Part shown: piece by piece, positions 37,369 through 51,300 of the stretch
How positions within the stretch are numbered: position 1 is the first letter of the stretch
Layout of the letters: each line of letters starts with the position of its first letter
From: Nemertoderma westbladi
Lineage: Eukaryota > Animalia > Xenacoelomorpha
Assembly (NCBI GenBank): GCA_032718475.1
Contig: JAUCBJ010005507.1
Location: 1 to 64,000 of the forward strand
DNA: 64,000 nucleotides
Direction of reading: 5' to 3'
Position numbers and translations under genes: made by a program
The notes under the pieces: model-generated
Told to the model about the DNA's origin: nothing
What the model saw: only the letters and a program-made list of their open reading frames with translations
Database searches by the model: none

Positions 37369-37615
37369 GTATCTGCAGAAAAAGAAGTTCTGTGGGGAAA
37401 TATTGGCGAGTACCAAAATATCTCACAGGCACAGTAAGTACAGTAGAAGTAGTCAACTGTGGATTAATTAAACTTTAAATTAAATAAAAATTAAACAGCC
37501 AAGAGAGAGGATCCTTCGGGTTGTCTCCAGTGTTTCGTGTTTCCCAATGTCATCAATCACTTTACTTAATTAAACTGAAGGTCTGGTTAGTATTTATTTT
37601 AAAGTGTTGACTTAC

Positions 37616-39589
37616 CTGAGCTGTTCTAACAAGGTTTTCCACTTGTGAAACAATTTCTTCAACAGGTGAAACAACGTCATCAGATGGTGAAACAATGACC
37701 TCAGATGGTGAAACAATGTCTTCAACTGGTGAAGCAACGTCATCAGCTGTTGAAACAATCTCCCGAACTGATGAAACAACGTCCTCTACTGGTGAGACAA
37801 CGTTATCAGCTGGTGAGACAACGTTATCAGCTGGTGAGACAACGTTATCAGCTGGTGAGACAACGGTATCAGCTGGTGAAACAATGTCTTCTACTGGTGA
37901 GACAACGTTATCAGCTGGTGAGACAACGTTATCAGCTGGTGAGACAACGTTATTAGCTGGTGAGACAACGCTATCAGCTGGAGAGACAAAGTAATCAGCT
38001 GGTGAAGGAACATCCTCTGCTGGTGAGACAATTTCTTCAGCTGGTGAGACAATTTCTTCAGCTGGTGAGACAATGTCTTCAACTGGTGAAGCGACATCAT
38101 CAGCTGATGAAACAATCTCCCGAACTGATGAAACAACGTCCTCTACTGGTGAGACAACGTTATCAGCTGGTGAGTCAACGTTATCAGCTGGTGAGACAAC
38201 GTTATCAGCTGGTGAAGCAACATCCTCAGCTGGTGAGACAATTTCTTCAGCTGGTGAGACAATTTCTTCAGCTGGTGAGATAATGTCTTCAACTGGTGAA
38301 GCGACATCATCAGCTGATGAAACAATCTCCCGAACTGATGAAACAACGTCCTCTACTGGTGAGACAACGTTATCTACTGGTGAGACAACGTTATCTACTG
38401 GTGAGACAACGTTCTTAGCTGATGAAACAATTTCTTCAATTGGTGAAACAATCTCCCGAACTGATGAAACACCGTCCTCTACAGGTGAAACAACGTCCTC
38501 TACTGGTGAGACAACGTTATCTACTGGTGAGACAACGTTCTTAGCTGATGAAACAATTTCTTCAATTGGTGAAACAATCTCCCGAACTGATGAAACAACG
38601 TCCTCTACTGGTGAGACAACGTTATCAGCTGGTGAAACAACGTTATCAGCTGGTGAAGCAACATCCTCAGCTGGTGAGACAATTTCTTCAGCTGGTGAGA
38701 CAATTTCTTCAGCTGGTGAGATAATGTCTTCAACTGGTGAAGCGACATCATCAGCTGATGAAACAATCGCCCGAACTGATGAAACAACGTCCTCTACTGG
38801 TGAGACAACGTTATCAGCTGGTGAGACAACGTCATCAGCTGGTGAAGCAACATCCTCAGCTGGTGAAACAATCGCCCGAACTGATGAAACAACGTCCTCT
38901 ACTGGTGAGACAACGTTATCAGCTGGTGAGACAACGTTATCAGCTGGTGAAACAATGTCTTCAACTGGTGAAGAAACATCATCAGCTGGTGACACAATTT
39001 CCCGAACTGATGAAACAACGTCCTCTACTGGTGAGACCACGTTATCAGCTGGTGAAACAATGTCTTCAACTGGTGAAGAAACATCATCAGCTGGTGACAC
39101 AATTTCCCGAACTGATGAAACAACGTCCTCTACTGGTGAGACAGCGTTATTAGCTGATGAAAAAATGTCTTCAATTGGTAAAACAATCTCCCGAACTGAT
39201 GAAACACCGTCCTCTACAGGTGAAACAACGTCCTCTACTGGTGAGACAACGTTATCAGCTGGTGAAACAATGTCCTCAGATGGTGAAACAACGTCATCGG
39301 CTGATGAAACAATGTCCTCAGGTGGTGAGACAATGTCTTCAACTGGTGAATCAATGTCTTCTACTTGTGGACCAATGTCCTCAGTTGGTGAAACAATGTC
39401 CTTTACTGGTGGAACAATGTCCCCAGTTGTCGAAACAGAGTCCTCGGTTGGTGTAACGATATCAACCATACACCAGTCAGAGACTGACTGTTCCAAATGC
39501 AACAAATCTTTTCTCTTAATAATATCGTTTTCCTCGATATCACCATTCTGCTGATCCATATTAATGAAGGCGTTGTCTACATTAGCCAT
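37616..39589 (-). CDS. Large minus-strand gene, first coding exon with ~80 acidic [VI]VSP[AV][DE][NDE] heptads
   Basis: AAAATGG start, unique N-terminus, 21-bp repeat kept in frame for ~1.8 kb, perfect donor CAG|GTAAGT in phase 0 matching exon 21088. Confidence 0.75.
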
Positions 39590-40208
39590 TTTGTTAAGCG
39601 ATAATATTTATAAGAATTAACTGTATAAACTATATGCTACAGCAAAATCTTTAAGTCGTCGTACCGGTATACTTTATAAATTATTCATCTGAGGAATACC
39701 GACGCAAATCCCTGCAAATTCCGAGAAAAATGAGCCCCTTTCATTGTTATTGCATTATTATTCGCAATACATCCTGCAAACAAGATATTTTATTATAAAA
39801 TGAATATATTATTCATTATTTCTATCCGCTCTTTAAGTGTAGAAGTTTCAGTCGTCCGGGTTCAATATTGCTCTTTATATTACGGCGTTAGAAAAAGTGC
39901 CCCATATAAATGCATTTGAATTGAATTACTTCTCCCCGGAAAAAATGACAAACACTGTACGTGTATACCAACACTAAGCAGTAAGCAGTACAATCCTTTT
40001 AAAAGAAAGGATTCAGCCGCCAAAAAAAATAATTCAACCGCCGTCTCTATCACACTACCGGTATAGGCGCCACTTTTTATATGGAAAGTATTCATTCAGC
40101 GTTATTTTACTTGTCTGTCTTGGGTAACTTAATGACTTGTTTTTTGGGATGTTTTGTAGGTACTGACTGGGATATTGGTTTGTATTTTAGGTTCGGGTTT
40201 GTTGGAAA

Positions 40209-40768
40209 GGCACAAACCATAATTAAAGCAGTAATTTAACACTAGCAGTCATGTGGCTCTAATCTAAGGAATTTGGCCCATGTGAAGAATACCAGACTTT
40301 CTGGCCCATGTGAAGAATACCAGACTTTCTGGCCCATGTGAAGAATACCAGACTTTCAGGCCCATGTGAAGAATACCAGACTTTCTGCCGTTATATTTCA
40401 CTTTGCAGTTACCCACATGTGAAGAATACCAGGTTTTCTCCAAAAACACAGGTTACAGGAGGGCTGAACCTAACCAAAACAATAAACGAATTAGTATATG
40501 TACAGGTTATAAGACAGAAATAAGCGCTATAAAATACTTAATAACGATATATTTAAAAAAATAAAAAATCTTCATATATAAAATTCCAATAAAAAGTCGA
40601 CCGAAAAGTGAAATCCTGGTATTCTTCACAAAGGGCGGAAATCCTGGTATTCTTCACATGGGCGAGGAATTTTGTGGAATTTCGGACTTTTTACCATCGG
40701 CCCGAAGGGCCAATAGTAATTTCTTCCAAAACATTTCTTAGATTACTGCTTTAATTAGGGTTTGGGCC
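40209..40768. mobile_element. MITE-like element with ~31-bp TIRs and subterminal 28-bp repeats
   Basis: GGCACAAACCATAATTAAAGCAGTAATTTAA ... TTAGATTACTGCTTTAATTAGGGTTTGGGCC; GGCCCATGTGAAGAATACCAG repeated on the left and inverted on the right. No TSD recognised. Confidence 0.7.
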
Positions 40769-41629
40769 GCCTTGTAACCTGCGTGGCCCAGGAGAACCAT
40801 GAAAAAGTGGCGCCTCTAGTGTGATATCCCCCACCGCCACATATATAATAAATAAACAGTGCAATAATTCCCCGAGATTGGAGTTGCGTCAATAGCCCCC
40901 CTGTCCCCAGAGAGTCCGAAGTCGGGATGAAAAATACCCCCTCGCCCCTTCATATCCCCAATTACATAACAGTTGTCAAGTATCGTCACTGTATTTAAAA
41001 CAATTTAATATATAAAATAAATGAAAATAAATAAACCAAAATAAAAGTAAATTATAAAGCAGCTGCATTAGGTTATTCTGACGTAGATACGGAACAGTAG
41101 CGAAATCCCATGGTATCATTGCATTGGATTTGTCTGGAAGGCAGGCTGCTATGACGGACAGCAACCAATGACAAGTCGTTACCAACCAATAAACAATTGC
41201 GGGGGATATGATAGGACAGGTAGCTAAACGTTGATCCACCTTGAAGCTTTTATTACTAATACACTTTTCCTGGACGGCAAACATTATTGGCCAACCTTCT
41301 TCGGTTGGTTTGATGAGTCCCATATTACTCACCTCAATCCATGTTACTCAACAATCACATAACAGTTTGTTGGTACAGGTTGCCAACAGTTGAATAATGT
41401 GTGGCTAACGGAGGAATAAAATCCGTAAGAATAAAATAAGTCCACGCACACGCACAGTTCATAAGTAAAGAAAAGAAACGGGAGAAATGGGCCAGTATTA
41501 TTATTTTATTTCAGCTAAAAATGCCATATCTAAAAAATTAAACAAATAGAGTAACTAATTAAAAGCACAAAAAAAAGGTATAAATGTGATTGAATTGAAT
41601 TTAAATAAAATTATTTAAAATAAAGAGCA

Positions 41630-41867
41630 TGACGTAAAATAATTAAAAATGTGCCTCAAGTCACTTCTGTTTTCGGTATTAAATTTAACATGCAACTGTG
41701 AACTATGAAAAAGTAAAGTAAAAAAACAAAACATAATTTTCATCATTATTCACTTCTATGGGAAAGTTGTGAATTTGAAGTGAAGTTGACAGTAATTTAA
41801 TTTACTTCAGATTTTAATACCGAAAACAGAAGTGACTTGAGGCTCATATTTAATTATTTTACGTCAT
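41630..41867. repeat. ~55-bp inverted repeat pair (small foldback/MITE)
   Basis: ATGACGTAAAATAATTAAA...CCTCAAGTCACTTCTGTTTTCGGTATTAAA and its reverse complement ~125 bp downstream. Confidence 0.8.
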
Positions 41868-43235
41868 TTAAAATAAATAATCATTATTATCAATTAACCA
41901 TTTGCAACCCCATATAAATCACCAAACAGTCAATGTTTTTAGAGACTCCTCCATGTTTGCTGATGATGGTATACCAGAAACCTATTTTATTATATTATCG
42001 TAAAAATGGGAGGTAGGGCTAGTTATTTCGAATTTACTTTTGCATGGATTTACTTTAAATTCCTAACCATGCTGTGGTAACATCGCCTGAAATAATGTAA
42101 TAGCTAATTATTGGACCTACCATGTAAACTGATGTGTTTGTTAGGTAATTATTGGGTCTGTGTATGTGGGGCGAGTCAAAACTGCGAGCCGTCAGTGAAA
42201 TGTTATAATTATTCTATGGCCGTTGTCTAAAAGTCTCTGGGTGTGTGTGTATGTGTGTGTGTGTGTGTTTCGGAAGCTATAATTGTCGGAAGCCAAGATA
42301 TAACTAGCCATAGTATAATTATAATTGTTCGCTAAGATGGCTTACAGCTTTTGCTGCACGAAGGCCCCACTCGTGTCAGTATGTATGTGGGGCGATCCAC
42401 GAAAGTAAGCGAGCTTAGCATACGTGTACCACTAACTCAATCGGTGTGTCGTTGTTCTGTCGTGTTAAATTTTAAACGTTAATAACTCAGCCAAATGTTA
42501 ATGAGATCTCTCCAAACTTGGTACACATGTAGTCTGGCAAAAGTTTAGATATTTTCCTAGTTGAATTTACGTGTCGCCTTCGAGAACGAGAAGCTAAGAT
42601 AATAGCAGTTAATTAGTTAATAAAGTTGATTAGGGTAAAAACAGCATTTTCAACCAGCCTCCTTAAAGGATATAAATTATTTTCTGGAATAAGATTAAAA
42701 TAATTATACTTTAAAATTATACAGATTTATTCCCCATACCCCATTCCATTATAGTTTTTAATTAGTTCAAGAGATTTGCTTTAAGAAATGTGTTTTTAAT
42801 TGATCTAAACGTAATTAACTTATTAAAATGCCCCATCTCCAGCTATAGTTCCCTCCTTCGTTGGTATGCTTGCAATAGCAAGCATGCCTAGCCTAGCTTG
42901 GAAGGGGAACCAGTCCAACCACACCTCACTTCTACTCAAAGGCAGCATTGTAATGAGCCAGACTAATAAGCCAGCTTGTTTATTGTGTTTAGCTTACAAA
43001 ATGATTGGCCGAGTACTTAATTAATCATAATAATTAGCATAAAATCAATCAATCAGAATAATTAGCTAAATATTTTCATTGAGGTGTTGACATGATAAAT
43101 TAATATCTCAGTATCAATACTATCGGCATAATGTAAGTTTTATATTTCTTACAAATTGGGTCGCCTCGCATATATTACTTTATGAGTTTAACATATTTCC
43201 AATAACATGAGTTTATTGATTTCTTTGTTGGTTAA

Positions 43236-44300
43236 GGGGATCAGTACACAGGCATTTAAATTTTTTTTTTATTTATTTTTCTGTTTCATTTAGAGCAGAT
43301 TTTTATGAAGATTCCAAATTTGAAAACCGTTTAGCAAGATCTGTCTTACTTCTCGAGATATGGCTGTCTGTCCGATTGACTGTCGGTTTGTCCGTCAGTA
43401 TGTCTGTCCGTCAATAAAAAGCAAATAATCTGTCTAAAAAATTCCCTATACGGGTTTTCGTGGTCGGTGACTTAATTTCTGATGTCAATATTCAAATTTG
43501 GCCTCGTCGTTTCTGACTGTATGTCTGTCAGTATGTCCGTCAAAATGTAACCGACAGACTGACTGCCAAACAGACAATTTGGAAGTCACCAAATGTTAAT
43601 CTGACACTCGAAATGAATTCTGTGACCAAGAAAACCCATCTAGCTAAACTTTTAACTAGATTGTATGCCATTTTCTTATATTTGACGGACAGATTGTTGG
43701 ATAGTCAGAAAGACCGACAGACAGACATACAGACAAACAAGATTTTATTAAAAGTGAAAACTGACATCAGAAATGAAATCAGCGACCAGTAAAACCCCAT
43801 ACCAAAAATATTAGCATGGTTTTGTGCTTTCTTTTTGCTAGGTATATATTGACAGACATTATTTCATAATAACAGACAGTTTTTGCGCGGGAAGGTACAA
43901 ATTTTAACTGGATTTTTCTCAAAGTGTGTTTTTCAAATTTTTTCGGTACATTTTTCTAATCTGCTATTTGAGTTATAAACTTGTAAATTTCACATTAGTA
44001 TCTTTTTTTACCGTAGAATAACGTGAACCAATTATTTTTTTAATATAATGTACGCATAAACACCGAATTGTAATTTTAATGTTTGTGACACTAATTATTT
44101 GGCTATTTTTTTTTTCAATTAGGTCCATTTTTCAAAAAATAAGCTAAATATATGAAAAAAAACTTGAAATAAAAAAAAATTGGTTCACCAGAAAGCCCAT
44201 TAAATTCTGGCTGGAATGTATAAAGTAATCCGATGCGCTCTAAAATGGTACCGAGACTAAATAGTAGTTTGTATGAAAAAAATGTACTTTACTGATCCCC
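43236..44300. mobile_element. Non-autonomous TTAA-targeting DNA transposon (Kolobok-like)
   Basis: TTAA|GGGGATCAGTA ... TACTGATCCCC|TTAA; purine termini with a TTAA TSD fit Kolobok rather than piggyBac (CCC); no ORF. Confidence 0.8.
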
Positions 44301-45344
44301 TTAAGTGAATTAAATAATATTTACTTATTTTTGCTAGAAATTTGTGCTGTTTGTATATTAGCGAAACGCTTCCAGTTGTATTTTGTGTTATATTAAAAAT
44401 AAATATAACATATTACTTTTAAAACACAAATTTCCTGATAATACCTGCCTTTCATCAATCCTCTGTGCGCCTTTGGTTTGGGGTGGTGCAGATTAACATG
44501 GGGGGGGGGGGGGGGGGGCCTTTTCCCTCTCTTTGATTTACTGGTGTTTGGTTAAATTTCTTAGATACCGAGTTTGTGATACAGTAGAATCACTCAATAT
44601 TAATCTGTATCTCATAACTGAGTCTATACGTATATATATGCCATATATACAATGTAAAACAACCTCCCACATTCAGACATGTTATTCGGCTTGTTTATCT
44701 GGTAGTTGTTATATAAGAGAAGGTATTTATTGCTTCACGTGCCTTTGATTAAATACATTCTGCAAGTGTAACCAATAGTCTACTGCGTGGACTCCTGACC
44801 TCGTATACTGTATATTACTGTAGGTCATGGCAGACTATATGTACTTGTAAACCGATAACACCGTGAATGGCATACTTCTAGTATTTTAATTCGACAATAT
44901 TTTTTGATCGAAAAAGTTGGTGCTAAGGATGTTTGATTGCATATAAATGCTACAAAGACCGAATTCTTATTAATGTTGATGGGAACTTGACAACCATTGA
45001 TAATAATCAAAGCACGATAGCCTATAGCAAGATAGTAACGCACAAAACGTACTGACACTGAACACGGCCAATATTTAATTGTCGTGGGTATACGACTATA
45101 CGTTTAGGTAATTGCCAAGAGAGTGCCCATGCGAAGTTTCCCAGGATTCCCTTTCCCAGCGAAGAAAAAAAACATCGGAAAGGAATTTGGCCCATTCACT
45201 ATCATTAGGGAACTTTCGTATTTTCGACCATCTTCCCAAACAGTCTGGGAAAGTTCACATGGGTGGTATTTCGATATTCACGTGCTGCGCGAAGGCCTTT
45301 TTTTGAGGGGGATCTTCTGTTGATCAGTCCTTCGGAGGGTGAGT

Positions 45345-48300
45345 GAGAAGGTGGGTGTGTGGGAATGTGGGAATGTGGGAAGGTGTGTGGATGGGAATGT
45401 GGGAAGGTGTGTGGATGGGGATGTGGCAAGATGGAATGTGGCTGGGAATGTTGAAAGATGAATGTCAATGTGGGAAGATGGGTGGGAATGTGGGAGGATG
45501 GAAATGTGGGAGGGAATGTAGGAATGTGGCAAGATAGGAATATGGGAAGGTGGATGGGAATGTTGGAAGATGAATGGCAATGTGGGAAGGTGGGTGGGAA
45601 TGTGGGAAGATGGGAATGTGGGAAGGTGGATGGGATTGTGGGAAGGTGGAATGCAATGTGGGAAGATTGGAATGTGGCAAGATGGGAATGTGGGAAGGTG
45701 GATGGGAATGTTGGAAGATAGGAATGTGGGAAGGTGGATGGGAGTGTTGGAAGATGAATGGCAATGTGGGAAGGTGGGTGGGAATGTGGGAATGTGGGAA
45801 GGTGAATGGGAATGTGGGAAGGTGGAATGCAATGTGGGAAGATTGGAATGTGGCAAGATGGGAATGTGGGAAGGTGGATGGGAATGTTGGAAGATAGGAA
45901 TGTGGGAAGGTGGATGGGAGTGTTGGAAGATGAATGGCAATGTGGGAAGGTGGGTGGGAATGTGGGAAGATGGGAATGTGGGAAGGTGAATGGGAATGTG
46001 GGAAGGTGGAATGTAATGTGGGAAGATTGGAATGTGGCAAGATGGGAATGTGGATGGGAATGTGGGAAAATGAGAATGTGGGAAGGTGGATGGGAATGTT
46101 GGAAGATGGGAATGTTGGAAGATGGGAATGTAGGAAGATGGGAATGTAGGAAGATGGGAATGTGGATGAGAAAGTAGGAAGATGTGAATGTGGATGGGAA
46201 TGTGGGGAGGTGGATGGGAATATTGGAAGATGGGAATCTTGGAAGATGGGAATGTTGGAAGATGGGAATGTTGGAAGATGGGAATGTTGGAAAATGGGAA
46301 TGTTGGAAGATGGGAATGTTGGAAGATGGCAATGTAGGGAGATGGGAATGTGGGAAGATGGGAATGTGGATGGGAATGTAGGATGATGGGAATGTGGGAA
46401 TGTGGGAAGGTGGATGGGAATGTTGGTGGATGGGAATGTGGGTAGATTGGAATGTGGGAAGGTGGGGATGTGGGTCGGAATCTGGGTGGATGGGAATGTG
46501 GATGGGAATGTGGGTGGATGGGAATTTGGGAAGGTGGGAATGTGAGAAGGTGGATGGGAATGTTGGAAGATGGGAATGTTGGAAGATGGGAATGTAGGAA
46601 GATGGGAATGTAGGAAGATGGGAATGTGGATGGGAAAGTAGGAAGATGTGAATGTGGATGGGAATGTGGGGAGGTGGATGGGAATATTGGAAGATGGGAA
46701 TCTTGGAAGATGGGAATGTTGGAAGATGGGAATGTTGGAAGATGGGAATGTTGGAAGATGGGAATGTTGGAAGATGGGAATGTTGGAAGATGGCAATGTA
46801 GGGAGATGGGAATGTGGGAAGATGGGAATGTGGATGGGAATGTAGGATGATGGGAATGTGGGAATGTGGGAAGGTGGATGGGAATGTTGGTGGATGGGAG
46901 TGAGGGGAGGTGGATGGGAATGTTGAAAGATGGGAATGTTGGAAGATGGGAATGTAGGAAGATGGGAATGTAGGAAGATGGGAATGTAGACGGGAATGTG
47001 GGAGGATGGGAATGTGGGGAGGTGGATGGGAATGTTGGAAGATGGGAATGTTGGAAGATGGGAATGTAGGAAGATGGGAATGTAGGAAGATGGGAATGTG
47101 GATGGGAATGTGGGTGGATGGGAATGTGGGTGGATGGGAATGTGGGAAGGTGGTTGGGAATGTGGGAAGAGGTGGGTGGGAATGTGGGTGGATGGTAATG
47201 TGGGTGGATGGGAATATGAGAAGGTGGATGGGAATATTGGAAGATGGGAATGTTGGAAGATGGGAATGTTGGAAAATGGGAATGCAGGAAGATGGGAATG
47301 TAGGAATGTGGATGGGAAAGTAGGAAGATGGGAATGTGGATAGGAATGGGGAAAGGTGGGTGGGAATGTGGGTGGGAATGTGGGTGGATGGGAATATGGG
47401 AAGGTGGATGGGAATGTTGGAAGATGGGAATGTGGGTGGATGGGAATGTGGGTGGATGGGAATATGGGAAGGTGGATGGGAATGTTGGAAGATGGGAATG
47501 TTGGAAGATGGGAATGTAGGAAGATGGGAATGTAGGAAGATGGGAATGTGGATGGGAAAGTAGGAAGATGGGAATGTGGGTGGATGGGAATGTGGGAAGG
47601 TGGATGGGAATGTGGGAAGGTGGGTGGGAATGTGGTTGGATGGGAATGTGGGTGGATGGGAATGTGGGAAGGTGGATGAGAATGTTGGAAGATGGGAATG
47701 TTGGAAGATGGAAATGTGGGTGGATGAGAATGTGGGAAGGTGGATGGGAATGTTGGAAGATTGTAATGTAGGAAGATGGGAATGTGGATGGGAAAGTAGG
47801 AAGATGGGAATGTGGATGGGAATGTGGGAAGGTGGGTGGGAATGTGGGTGGATGGGAATGTGGATGGGAATGTGGGAAGGTGGGTGGGAATGTGGGTGGA
47901 TGGGAATGTGGGTGGATGGGAATGTGGGAAGGTGGATGAGAATGTTGGAAGATGGGAATGTTGGAAGATGGAAATCTGGATGGGAATGTGGGTGGATGAG
48001 AATGTGGGAAGGTGGATGGGAATGTTGGAAGATGGGAATGTTGGAAGATGGGAATGTTGGAAGATGGGAATGTTGGAAGATGGGAATGTTGGAAGATGGG
48101 AATGTTGGAAGATGGGAATCTAGGAAGATGGGAATGTGGATGGGAATATATGATGATGGGAATGTGGGAAGGTGGGTGGGAATATGGGTGGATGGGAATA
48201 TGGGAAGGTGGATGGGAATGTTGGAAGATGGGAATGTCAGAAGATGGGAATGTAGGAAGATGGGAATGTAGGAAGATGGGAATGTAGGAAGATGGCAATG

Positions 48301-51300
48301 TGGATGGGAAAGTAGGAAGATGGGAATGTGGATGGGAATGTGGGTGGGTGGGAATGTGGGTGGATGGGAATGTGGGTGGATGGGAATATGGGAAGGTGGA
48401 TGGGAATGTTGGAAGATGGGAATGTTGGAAGATGGGAATGTAGGAAGATGGGAATGTAGGAAGATGATAATGTGGATTGGAATGTAGGAAGATGGTAATG
48501 TGGGAAGGTGGTTGGGAATGTGGGTGAATGGGAATGTGGGGAGGTGGATGGGAATGTTGGAAGATGGGAATGTTGGAAGATGGGAATGTTGAAAGATGGG
48601 AATGTAGGAAGATGGGAATGTGGGAAGGTGGATGGGAATGTGGGTGGATGGGAATGTGGGTGGATGGGAATGTGGGAAGGTGGGGATGTGAGTGGATGGG
48701 AATGTGGATGGGAATGTGGGTGGATGGGAATGTTGGAAGGTGGGAATGTGGGAAGGTGGATGAGAATGTTGGAAGATGGGAATGTTGGAAGATGGGAATG
48801 TCTGAAGATGGGAATGTAGGAACATGGGAATGTGGATGGGAAAGTAGGAAGATGGGAATGTGGATGGGAATGTGGGAAGGTGGATGGGAATATTGGAAGA
48901 TGGGAATGTTGGAAGATGGGAATGTTGGAAGATGGGAATGTTGGAAGATGGGAATGTTGGAAGAAGGGAATGTTGGAAGATGGGAATGTTGGAAGATGGG
49001 AATGTTGGAAGATGGGAATGTAGGGAGATGGGAATGTGGGAAGATGGGAATGTATGGGAATGTAGGATGATGGGAATGTGGGAATGTGGGAAGGTGGTTG
49101 GGAATGTGGGTGAATGGGAATGTGGGGAGGTGGATGGGAATGTTGGAAGATGGGAATGTTGGAAGATGGGAATGTTGAAAGATGGGAATGTAGGAAGATG
49201 GGAATGTAGGAAGATGGGAAAGCGGATGGGAAAGTGGGAAGATGGGAATGTGGATGGGAATGTGGATGGGAATGTGGGTGGATGGGAATGTGGGAAGGTG
49301 GATGGGAATGTGGGAAGAGGTGGGTGGGAATGTGGGTGGATGGGAATGTGGGTGGATGGGAATATGGGAAGGTGGATGGGAATATTGGAAGATGGTAATG
49401 TTGGAAGATGGGAATGTAGGAAGATGGGAATGTAGGAAGATGGGAATGTGGATGGAAAGTAGGAAGATGGGAATGTGGATGGGAATGTGGGTGGATGGGA
49501 ATGTGGGAAGGTGGATGGAAATGTGGGAAGATGGGTGGTAATGTGGGTGGATAGGAAAGTGGGTGGATGGGAATGTGGGAAGGTGGATGAGAATGTTGGA
49601 AGATGGGAATGTTGGAAGATGGAAATGTGGATGGGAATGTGGGTGGATGAGAATGTGGGAAGGTGGATGGGAATGTTGGAAGATGGGAATGTTGGAAGAT
49701 GGGAATGTTGGAAGATGGGAATGTTGGAAGATGGGAATGTTGGAAGATGGGAATGTTGGAAGATGGGAATCTAGGAAGATGGGAATGTGGATGGGAATAT
49801 ATGATGATGGGAATGTGGGAAGGTGGGTGGGAATATGGGTGGATGGGAATATAGGAAGGTGGATGGGAATGTTGGAAGATGGGAATGTCAGAAGATGGGA
49901 ATGTAGGAAGATGGGAATGTAGGAAGATGGGAATGTAGGAAGATGGGAATGTAGGAAGATGGCAATGTGGATGGGAAAGTAGGAAGATGGGAATGTGGAT
50001 GGGAATGTGGGTGGGTGGGAATGTGGGTGGATGGGAATGTGGGTGGATGGGAATATGGGAAGGTGGATGGGAATGTTGGAAGATGGGAATGTTGGAAGAT
50101 GGGAATGTAGGAAGATGGGAATGTAGGAAGATGATAATGTGGATTGGAATGTAGGAAGATGGTAATGTGGGAAGGTGGTTGGGAATGTGGGTGAATGGGA
50201 ATGTGGGGAGGTGGATGGGAATGTTGGAAGATGGGAATGTTGAAAGATGGGAATGTAGGAAGATGGGAATGTGGGAAGGTGGATGGGAATGTGGGTGGAT
50301 GGGAATGTGGGTGGATGGGAATGTGGGAAGGTGGGGATGTGAGTGGATGGGAATGTGGATGGGAATGTGGGTGGATGGGAATGTTGGAATGTGGGAAGGT
50401 GGATGAGAATGTTGGAAGATGGGAATGTTGGAAGATGGGAATGTAGGAAGATGGGAATGTAGGAACATGGGAATGTGGATGGGAAAGTAGGAAGATGGGA
50501 ATGTGGATGGGAATGTGGGAAGGTGGATGGGAATATTGGAAGATGGGAATGTTGGAAGATGGGAATGTTGGAAGATGGGAATGTTGGAAGATGGGAATGT
50601 TGGAAGAAGGGAATGTTGGAAGATGGGAATGTTGGAAGATGGGAATGTTGGAAGATGGGAATGTAGGGAGATGGGAATGTGGGAAGATGGGAATGTATGG
50701 GAATGTAGGATGATGGGAATGTGGGAAGGTGGGAATGTGGGAAGGTGGTTGGGAATGTGGGTGAATGGGAATGTGGGGAGGTGGATGGGAATGTTGGAAG
50801 ATGGGAATGTTGGAAGATGGGAATGTTGAAAGATGGGAATGTAGGAAGATGGGAATGTAGGAAGATGGGAAAGCGGATGGGAAAGTGGGAAGATGGGAAT
50901 GTGGATGGGAATGTGGGTGGATGGGAATGTGGGAAGGTGGATGGGAATGTGGGAAGAGGTGGGTGGGAATGTGGGTGGATGGGAATGTGGGTGGATGGGA
51001 ATATGGGAAGGTGGATGGGAATATTGGAAGATGGTAATGTTGGAAGATGGGAATGTAGGAAGATGGGAATGTAGGAAGATGGGAATGTGGATGGAAAGTA
51101 GGAAGATGGGAATGTGGATGGGAATGTGGGTGGATGGGAATGTGGGAAGGTGGATGGAAATGTGGGAAGGTGGGTGGTAATGTGGGTGGATAGGAAAGTG
51201 GGTGGATGGGAATGTGGGAAGGTGGATGAGAATGTTGGAAGATGGGAATGTTGGAAGATGGGAATGTTGGAAGATGGAAATGTGGATGGGAATGTGGGTG

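Noticed and set aside
38073-39554. Plus-strand Ser/Thr-rich mucin-like ORF (SSTGETT)n
   Set aside because: Antisense shadow of the heptad exon; it is broken by a stop near 37994 and lacks splice support, whereas the minus frame has a start and an in-phase donor.
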